A stretch of 42,323 bases of DNA from Escherichia coli (lineage in GTDB: Bacteria > Pseudomonadota > Gammaproteobacteria > Enterobacterales > Enterobacteriaceae), in assembly GCF_003334315.1 (NCBI RefSeq), contig NZ_QOWR01000043.1; one strand, 5' to 3'. Every line of letters starts with the position of its first letter. Position 1 is the first letter of the stretch. A program made the translations under genes and the position numbers. The notes below the pieces were generated by a model. That model was given only the letters and a program-made list of their open reading frames with translations. It did not search any database and had not been told where the DNA came from. Shown one piece after another: positions 35,866 to 42,323 of this stretch.

Positions 35866-36758
35866 CCGATTTACACACCGATGTAGAACGCTACCTACGT
35901 TATCTGAGCGTGGAGCGCCAGCTTAGCCCGATAACCCTGCTTAACTACCAGCGTCAGCTTGAGGCGATCATCAATTTTGCCAGCGAAAACGGCCTGCAAA
36001 GCTGGCAGCAATGTGATGTGACGATGGTGCGCAATTTTGCTGTACGCAGTCGCCGTAAAGGGCTGGGAGCAGCAAGTCTGGCGTTACGGCTTTCTGCGCT
36101 ACGTAGCTTTTTTGACTGGCTGGTCAGCCAGAACGAACTCAAAGCTAACCCGGCGAAAGGTGTTTCGGCACCGAAAGCGCCGCGTCATCTGCCGAAAAAC
36201 ATCGACGTCGACGATATGAATCGGCTGCTGGATATTGATATCAATGATCCCCTCGCTGTACGCGACCGTGCAATGCTGGAAGTGATGTACGGCGCGGGTC
36301 TGCGTCTTTCTGAGCTGGTGGGGCTGGATATTAAACACCTCGACCTGGAGTCTGGTGAAGTGTGGGTTATGGGGAAAGGCAGCAAAGAGCGCCGCCTGCC
36401 GATTGGTCGCAACGCTGTGGCGTGGATTGAGCACTGGCTTGATTTGCGCGACCTGTTTGGTAGCGAAGACGACGCGCTTTTTCTGTCGAAACTGGGCAAG
36501 CGTATCTCCGCGCGTAATGTGCAGAAACGCTTTGCCGAATGGGGCATAAAACAAGGGCTGAATAATCACGTTCATCCGCATAAATTACGTCACTCGTTCG
36601 CCACGCATATGCTGGAGTCGAGCGGCGATCTTCGTGGTGTGCAGGAGCTGCTGGGTCATGCCAACCTCTCCACCACGCAAATCTATACTCATCTTGATTT
36701 TCAACACCTTGCCTCGGTGTACGATGCGGCGCATCCACGCGCCAAACGGGGGAAATAA
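35862..36758 (+). CDS. xerC: Tyrosine site-specific recombinase XerC (chromosome dimer resolution), 298 aa
   Basis: ORF 35862..36758; conserved catalytic residues (R...HxxR...Y) near C-terminus: [10 protein letters not shown]...[14 protein letters not shown]. Confidence 0.95.
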
Positions 36759-37474
36759 TGCGTTTTTACCGGCCTTTGGGGCGCATCTCGGCGCTCACCT
36801 TTGACCTGGATGATACCCTTTACGATAACCGTCCGGTGATTTTGCGCACCGAGCGAGAGGCGCTTACCTTTGTGCAAAATTATCATCCGGCGCTGCGCAG
36901 CTTCCAGAATGAAGATCTGCAACGCCTGCGCCAGGCGGTACGGGAAGCGGAACCCGAGATTTATCACGACGTGACGCGCTGGCGTTTTCGTTCGATTGAA
37001 CAAGCGATGCTCGACGCCGGGCTGAGTGCCGAAGAAGCCAGTGCAGGCGCACACGCAGCAATGATCAACTTTGCCAAATGGCGCAGCCGAATCGACGTCC
37101 CGCAGCAAACTCACGACACCTTAAAACAGCTGGCGAAGAAATGGCCGCTGGTGGCGATCACCAACGGTAACGCCCAGCCGGAGCTGTTTGGTTTGGGGGA
37201 TTATTTTGAGTTTGTGCTGCGCGCTGGCCCGCACGGGCGCTCAAAACCGTTCAGCGATATGTACTTTTTGGCTGCGGAAAAACTCAACGTGCCGATCGGC
37301 GAGATCTTACATGTTGGGGACGATCTCACCACTGACGTGGGTGGGGCAATTCGCAGCGGAATGCAGGCTTGTTGGATCAGACCGGAAAATGGCGATCTGA
37401 TGCAAACCTGGGACAGCCGTTTACTGCCGCATCTGGAAATTTCCCGGTTGGCATCTCTGACCTCGCTGATATAA
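36758..37474 (+). CDS. yigB: HAD-superfamily phosphatase YigB (5-amino-6-(5-phospho-D-ribitylamino)uracil/FMN phosphatase), 238 aa
   Basis: ORF 36758..37474; HAD motif I DLDDTLYD near N-terminus. Confidence 0.9.
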
Positions 37475-37483
37475 TCAGCAAAT

Positions 37484-37499
37484 CTGTATATATACCCAG
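37484..37499. promoter_or_regulatory. LexA (SOS) box upstream of uvrD
   Basis: ctgtatatatacccag fits CTGT-N8-ACAG with one mismatch in the right arm, 58 bp upstream of the uvrD ATG. Confidence 0.75.
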
Positions 37500-37557
37500 C
37501 TTTTTGGCGGAGGGCGTTGCGCTTCTCCGCCCAACCTATTTTTACGCGGCGGTGCCA

Positions 37558-39720
37558 ATGGACGTTTCTTACCTGCTCGACAGCCTTAATGACAAACAGC
37601 GCGAAGCGGTGGCCGCGCCACGCAGCAACCTTCTGGTGCTGGCGGGCGCGGGCAGTGGTAAGACGCGCGTACTGGTGCATCGTATCGCCTGGTTGATGAG
37701 CGTGGAAAACTGCTCGCCATACTCGATTATGGCGGTGACGTTTACCAACAAAGCGGCGGCGGAGATGCGTCATCGTATCGGGCAACTGATGGGCACGAGC
37801 CAGGGCGGTATGTGGGTCGGCACCTTCCACGGGCTGGCGCACCGTTTGTTGCGTGCGCACCATATGGACGCCAATCTGCCGCAGGATTTCCAGATCCTCG
37901 ACAGTGAAGACCAGCTACGCCTGCTTAAGCGTCTGATCAAAGCCATGAACCTCGACGAGAAGCAGTGGCCGCCGCGGCAGGCAATGTGGTACATCAACAG
38001 CCAGAAAGATGAAGGCCTGCGTCCGCATCATATTCAAAGCTACGGTAATCCGGTGGAGCAGACCTGGCAGAAGGTGTATCAGGCGTATCAGGAAGCGTGT
38101 GACCGCGCGGGCCTGGTGGACTTCGCCGAGCTGCTGCTGCGCGCTCACGAGTTGTGGCTTAACAAGCCGCATATCCTGCAACACTACCGCGAACGTTTTA
38201 CCAATATCCTGGTGGACGAATTCCAGGATACCAACAACATTCAGTACGCGTGGATCCGCCTGCTGGCGGGCGACACCGGCAAAGTGATGATCGTCGGTGA
38301 TGACGACCAGTCAATCTACGGCTGGCGCGGGGCGCAGGTGGAGAATATTCAGCGTTTCCTTAATGATTTCCCCGGTGCCGAAACTATTCGTCTGGAGCAA
38401 AACTACCGCTCTACCAGCAATATTCTGAGCGCCGCTAACGCCCTGATTGAAAACAATAACGGGCGTCTGGGTAAAAAACTGTGGACCGATGGCGCGGACG
38501 GTGAGCCTATTTCCCTCTATTGCGCTTTTAACGAACTCGATGAAGCGCGTTTTGTGGTTAACCGCATCAAAACCTGGCAGGACAACGGCGGAGCGCTTGC
38601 CGAGTGCGCCATTCTCTACCGCAGCAACGCCCAGTCGCGGGTGCTCGAAGAGGCGTTATTGCAGGCCAGTATGCCGTACCGTATTTACGGCGGGATGCGC
38701 TTCTTCGAACGCCAGGAAATCAAAGATGCGCTCTCGTATCTGCGCCTGATTGCCAACCGCAACGACGACGCGGCCTTTGAGCGTGTGGTGAATACGCCAA
38801 CGCGGGGTATTGGTGACCGGACGCTGGACGTGGTACGTCAGACATCGCGCGATCGCCAGTTAACACTCTGGCAGGCATGTCGTGAGCTGTTGCAGGAAAA
38901 AGCCCTCGCCGGGCGAGCTGCCAGCGCCTTGCAGCGATTTATGGAATTAATCGACGCCTTAGCGCAGGAAACTGCCGATATGCCGCTGCATGTACAGACT
39001 GACCGGGTAATTAAAGACTCCGGCCTGCGTACCATGTATGAGCAGGAGAAGGGCGAAAAAGGTCAGACGCGTATCGAAAACTTAGAGGAACTGGTGACGG
39101 CAACGCGCCAGTTCAGCTACAACGAAGAAGACGAAGATTTAATGCCGCTGCAGGCGTTCCTCTCCCATGCGGCACTGGAAGCAGGTGAAGGGCAGGCGGA
39201 TACCTGGCAGGATGCGGTGCAGTTGATGACGCTACACTCGGCGAAAGGCCTGGAGTTCCCGCAGGTGTTTATCGTTGGTATGGAAGAGGGCATGTTCCCA
39301 AGCCAGATGTCGCTGGATGAAGGCGGGCGTCTGGAAGAAGAACGCCGTCTGGCCTACGTTGGCGTAACCCGCGCGATGCAGAAACTGACGCTGACCTACG
39401 CGGAAACCCGCCGTCTGTATGGTAAAGAGGTTTACCATCGCCCGTCGCGCTTTATCGGCGAGCTGCCGGAAGAGTGTGTGGAAGAGGTGCGCCTGCGCGC
39501 CACGGTAAGCCGCCCGGTCAGCCATCAGCGGATGGGTACGCCGATGGTCGAGAACGACAGCGGCTACAAGCTCGGCCAGCGCGTACGCCACGCTAAGTTT
39601 GGTGAAGGCACCATTGTCAATATGGAAGGCAGCGGTGAGCATAGCCGTTTGCAGGTGGCATTTCAGGGCCAGGGTATTAAATGGCTGGTGGCGGCATACG
39701 CCCGGCTGGAGTCGGTGTAA
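37558..39720 (+). CDS. uvrD: DNA helicase II UvrD (SF1 helicase; nucleotide excision and mismatch repair), 720 aa
   Basis: ORF 37369..39720; recognised start MDVSYLLDSLNDKQREAVAAP at ATG 37558; Walker A GAGSGKT; upstream in-frame extension overlaps yigB and the LexA box. Confidence 0.95.
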   Translation: MDVSYLLDSLNDKQREAVAAPRSNLLVLAGAGSGKTRVLVHRIAWLMSVENCSPYSIMAVTFTNKAAAEMRHRIGQLMGTSQGGMWVGTFHGLAHRLLRAHHMDANLPQDFQILDSEDQLRLLKRLIKAMNLDEKQWPPRQAMWYINSQKDEGLRPHHIQSYGNPVEQTWQKVYQAYQEACDRAGLVDFAELLLRAHELWLNKPHILQHYRERFTNILVDEFQDTNNIQYAWIRLLAGDTGKVMIVGDDDQSIYGWRGAQVENIQRFLNDFPGAETIRLEQNYRSTSNILSAANALIENNNGRLGKKLWTDGADGEPISLYCAFNELDEARFVVNRIKTWQDNGGALAECAILYRSNAQSRVLEEALLQASMPYRIYGGMRFFERQEIKDALSYLRLIANRNDDAAFERVVNTPTRGIGDRTLDVVRQTSRDRQLTLWQACRELLQEKALAGRAASALQRFMELIDALAQETADMPLHVQTDRVIKDSGLRTMYEQEKGEKGQTRIENLEELVTATRQFSYNEEDEDLMPLQAFLSHAALEAGEGQADTWQDAVQLMTLHSAKGLEFPQVFIVGMEEGMFPSQMSLDEGGRLEEERRLAYVGVTRAMQKLTLTYAETRRLYGKEVYHRPSRFIGELPEECVEEVRLRATVSRPVSHQRMGTPMVENDSGYKLGQRVRHAKFGEGTIVNMEGSGEHSRLQVAFQGQGIKWLVAAYARLESV

Positions 39721-39866
39721 CGTTGCCGGATGCGGTGCTGCGCACCTTATTTGGCCTAAAAAATCATTCAGATTCAATAAATTGCAACGTCATGTAGGCC
39801 GGATAGGGCGTTTACGCCGCATCCGGCATCTGCGCCATCTTCAGTATCTGACACAAAACTATCGTT
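39721..39866. repeat. BIME/REP cluster between convergent uvrD and yigE
   Basis: Palindromic units gttgccggatgcggtgctgcgcacc... and tgtaggccggatagggcgtttacgccgcatccggca with the same attcaataaattgca linker seen at 23841..23855. Confidence 0.8.
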
Positions 39867-40631
39867 TTAACCTTTCCGCTCGACGGAAATCATGGTGACA
39901 AAAGGATAGCGTTGCCACGGGATTGCCCCGCCTTTCATATACATATGTGAAATCGTGCCATCAAGATAAAGCAGCTGCTCAACGTTCAGTTTCGCTTTGG
40001 CATAACAGGCAAAATCATAAAAATTTGTCGCCTGCTGGCTCAACAAAAACACGGCATTCCCATGTTTATTAATCCCAACACCGTTACGAATTTTACGTGA
40101 GGCGACGTTGGGATGAATACGCGGATTAATTACACTGTTTTCCATCAACATTGGCCCTGACTGCACCGCAAACTGAATCTCTTTACTGGTTTTGAAGGCA
40201 TCCAGACGAACGATGCCGACTTTATCTCCCGCGACATAAAACACGCCGCCAGGACGGATAAAGAAATTCCCTTCACCTGAAGCGAGATTTAACGCCACCT
40301 TCTGCTGACCGTTTTCGATGTACAAACCGAGCGGCGCATAGCTTTCATCATAGATGCCGCCGTTCATCGCCATCTGCACCTGACCCTGACTATTCATATC
40401 CGCCAGCAGAGCATGTAACGTTCCCCACGCTTCGCCATTGGCTTTTTGCCAGTACATTTTCACCCGCTCTGTTTGAGGATTAACGGTATACGCCTGTACG
40501 GTCAGCGTCGGATCTGAGAGTGCGCAATCATCAGCGGCAACAGCAAACAAGGGAAGTAAGGTGAGGGCGAGAAAAATCCGTTTGAGATTCAAGGTGATCA
40601 TTCCTTTACCAATGAGTAGCCGATGCGCCAT
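39867..40631 (-). CDS. yigE: DUF2233-family secreted protein YigE, 254 aa
   Basis: ORF 39867..40631 minus; N-terminal signal peptide LALTLLPLFAVAADD. Confidence 0.88.
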   Translation of the reverse strand: MAHRLLIGKGMITLNLKRIFLALTLLPLFAVAADDCALSDPTLTVQAYTVNPQTERVKMYWQKANGEAWGTLHALLADMNSQGQVQMAMNGGIYDESYAPLGLYIENGQQKVALNLASGEGNFFIRPGGVFYVAGDKVGIVRLDAFKTSKEIQFAVQSGPMLMENSVINPRIHPNVASRKIRNGVGINKHGNAVFLLSQQATNFYDFACYAKAKLNVEQLLYLDGTISHMYMKGGAIPWQRYPFVTMISVERKG

Positions 40632-41000
40632 TATAGGTCCTGGATGTGGGATTTTTTTATCCTGTTAGCGACCTTGACGAGTACCAAAAAGCGCGAAGTT
40701 CAACTATTGTTCTGTGGTGTTCTGTTGCGTGTTGACGGCAAAATTTTGCTGGCGTAACATGCGCGCACGATCACTCTAAGAGGACATTCGCCTTGGACAC
40801 ACCCAGTAGATACTGGCTCACTATCCTGTCATCCAGGATCAACTCCTAAGGCTATCCCTTTTTGCTGATAGCCTTAGCGGTTGTCAGCGACCTCAATTTT
40901 TCCCGTCGCGCTGAGTCAGGCTGTTTAATGGTCTGAAACCCAATTTGTTTCTGTGTGCCCACCGAACTGTCCGATATTTTAAGCATTGGGAGTCCCGGTC

Positions 41001-41951
41001 ATGCTGAGCGCATTTCAACTGGAAAATAACCGACTGACCCGGCTGGAAGTCGAAGAGTCACAACCCCTTGTAAATGCAGTATGGATTGATCTTGTCGAAC
41101 CGGACGACGACGAGCGACTGCGCGTACAATCTGAACTTGGTCAGAGCCTGGCAACCCGCCCGGAACTGGAAGACATCGAAGCATCGGCACGTTTCTTTGA
41201 AGACGACGACGGCCTGCATATTCACTCCTTCTTCTTCTTTGAAGATGCGGAAGATCACGCCGGTAACTCCACTGTGGCATTTACCATCCGTGATGGTCGT
41301 CTGTTTACTCTGCGTGAGCGTGAACTGCCCGCTTTTCGTCTGTATCGTATGCGTGCCCGTAGCCAGTCGATGGTGGACGGTAACGCCTACGAGCTGCTGC
41401 TGGATCTGTTCGAAACCAAAATCGAACAGTTGGCAGATGAAATTGAAAATATCTATAGCGACCTGGAGCAGTTGAGCCGGGTGATTATGGAAGGGCATCA
41501 GGGCGATGAGTACGACGAGGCGCTCTCCACTCTGGCGGAACTGGAAGATATCGGCTGGAAAGTGCGCCTGTGTCTGATGGATACCCAGCGTGCGCTCAAC
41601 TTCCTGGTGCGTAAAGCGCGTTTACCGGGTGGGCAACTGGAGCAGGCGCGTGAAATCCTGCGAGATATCGAATCCCTGCTGCCGCATAACGAATCCCTGT
41701 TCCAGAAGGTGAACTTCCTGATGCAGGCGGCAATGGGTTTTATCAACATCGAGCAGAACCGCATCATCAAAATCTTCTCGGTGGTATCCGTGGTATTCCT
41801 GCCGCCGACGCTCGTTGCTTCCAGCTATGGCATGAACTTTGAGTTTATGCCAGAACTGAAGTGGAGCTTCGGCTACCCTGGCGCGATTATCTTTATGATC
41901 CTCGCGGGCCTGGCACCGTATCTGTACTTTAAGCGGAAGAACTGGTTGTAA
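41001..41951 (+). CDS. corA: Magnesium/cobalt transport protein CorA, 316 aa
   Basis: ORF 40986..41951; recognised start [20 protein letters not shown] at ATG 41001; signature GMNF motif ([11 protein letters not shown]) before C-terminal TM helices. Confidence 0.95.
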   Translation: MLSAFQLENNRLTRLEVEESQPLVNAVWIDLVEPDDDERLRVQSELGQSLATRPELEDIEASARFFEDDDGLHIHSFFFFEDAEDHAGNSTVAFTIRDGRLFTLRERELPAFRLYRMRARSQSMVDGNAYELLLDLFETKIEQLADEIENIYSDLEQLSRVIMEGHQGDEYDEALSTLAELEDIGWKVRLCLMDTQRALNFLVRKARLPGGQLEQAREILRDIESLLPHNESLFQKVNFLMQAAMGFINIEQNRIIKIFSVVSVVFLPPTLVASSYGMNFEFMPELKWSFGYPGAIIFMILAGLAPYLYFKRKNWL

Positions 41952-41962
41952 AAAACGAGAGC

Positions 41963-41987
41963 GGTGGCTTAGTCTGGCTAAGCCACC
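41963..41987. terminator. Bidirectional terminator hairpin between corA and the convergent minus-strand gene
   Basis: ggtggcttag-tctgg-ctaagccacc perfect 10-bp stem; A-run upstream (U-run for the minus-strand transcript) and weak T-rich tract downstream. Confidence 0.6.
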
Positions 41988-41993
41988 TGTTAT

Positions 41994-42119
41994 TCAAAGG
42001 CTCCAGGTATTTAACCCTTTTACCTCTTTCTCATAGAACCATTTGTTCGTGTTAACAGCAACATAGGCTGCTACGGCAATTCCCAGAATGTTAACGCCAA
42101 TTAGTGCACCAACAAATAG
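41994..42119 (-). pseudogene. 3' fragment of a small membrane-protein gene truncated by IS1
   Basis: Minus-strand frame reads ...LFVGALIGVNILGIAVAAYVAVNTNKWFYEKEVKGLNTWSL* (stop at 41994..41996); open frame runs uninterrupted into the first base of IS1 at 42120; in K-12 gene order the gene convergent with corA is yigF, but I cannot confirm the protein identity. Confidence 0.5.
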
Positions 42120-42323
42120 GGTGATGCTGCCAACTTACTGATTTAGTGTATGATGGTGTTTTTGAGGTGCTCCAGTGGCTTCTGTTTCTATCAGCTGTCC
42201 CTCCTGTTCAGCTACTGACGGGGTGGTGCGTAACGGCAAAAGCACCGCCGGACATCAGCGCTATCTCTGCTCTCACTGCCGTAAAACATGGCAACTGCAG
42301 TTCACTTACACCGCTTCTCAACC
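42120..42323 (+). mobile_element. Insertion sequence IS1, left end (partial; continues beyond the window)
   Basis: Begins with the IS1 terminal inverted repeat ggtgatgctgccaacttactgat and continues with the IS1 left arm and insA 5' region as I recall it; only about 204 of about 768 bp are in the window. Confidence 0.92.
42175..42323 (+). CDS. insA: IS1 InsA (transposition repressor / N-terminal part of InsAB' transposase), 5' partial
   Basis: GTG start at 42175; translation [49 protein letters not shown] with zinc-finger CxxC...CxxC; runs off the window. Confidence 0.88.
   Translation, partial: MASVSISCPSCSATDGVVRNGKSTAGHQRYLCSHCRKTWQLQFTYTASQ

Noticed and set aside
35862-36758. Possibility that the tyrosine recombinase marks an integrated mobile element
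   Set aside because: It is XerC in its conserved dapF-yigA-xerC-yigB operon with no flanking att-like repeats, phage genes or compositional shift; it is the chromosome dimer resolvase, not a phage integrase.
36099-37114. Several minus-strand ORFs (36099..36581, 36367..36738, 36701..37114) antisense to xerC/yigB
   Set aside because: Embedded in well-supported genes; Arg/Ser-rich low-complexity translations.
37201-37863. 220-aa minus-strand ORF across the yigB/uvrD junction
   Set aside because: Antisense to two supported genes and to the LexA-box promoter region; no motifs.
39232-39777. 181-aa minus-strand ORF antisense to the uvrD 3' end
   Set aside because: Embedded in uvrD and running into the REP cluster; no support.

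Overview
This window is a conserved Escherichia coli-type core chromosomal segment, recognised from the encoded proteins and gene order; I could not run any alignment, so the identification rests on recall. Gene order is rep, gppA (-), rhlB (-), trxA, rhoL-rho, the 12-gene enterobacterial common antigen (wec/rff) cluster wecA to wecG, yifK, the argX-hisR-leuT-proM tRNA operon, aslB, aslA (-), the sRNA glmZ, hemYXDC (-), cyaA, cyaY (-), yifL-dapF-yigA-xerC-yigB, uvrD, yigE (-) and corA. The final ~200 bp is the left end of an IS1 element that abuts, and appears to truncate, a small membrane-protein gene on the minus strand. I found no CRISPR array, prophage, defence island or other candidate for a previously undescribed system; the IS1 insertion is the only apparent departure from the canonical locus. 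Other observations are a shared composite REP/BIME repeat at three intergenic sites, an AT-rich block upstream of aslA, and several non-ATG or ambiguous start codons. Coordinates of start codons were checked by eye against the sequence; regulatory sites are motif-based and less certain.
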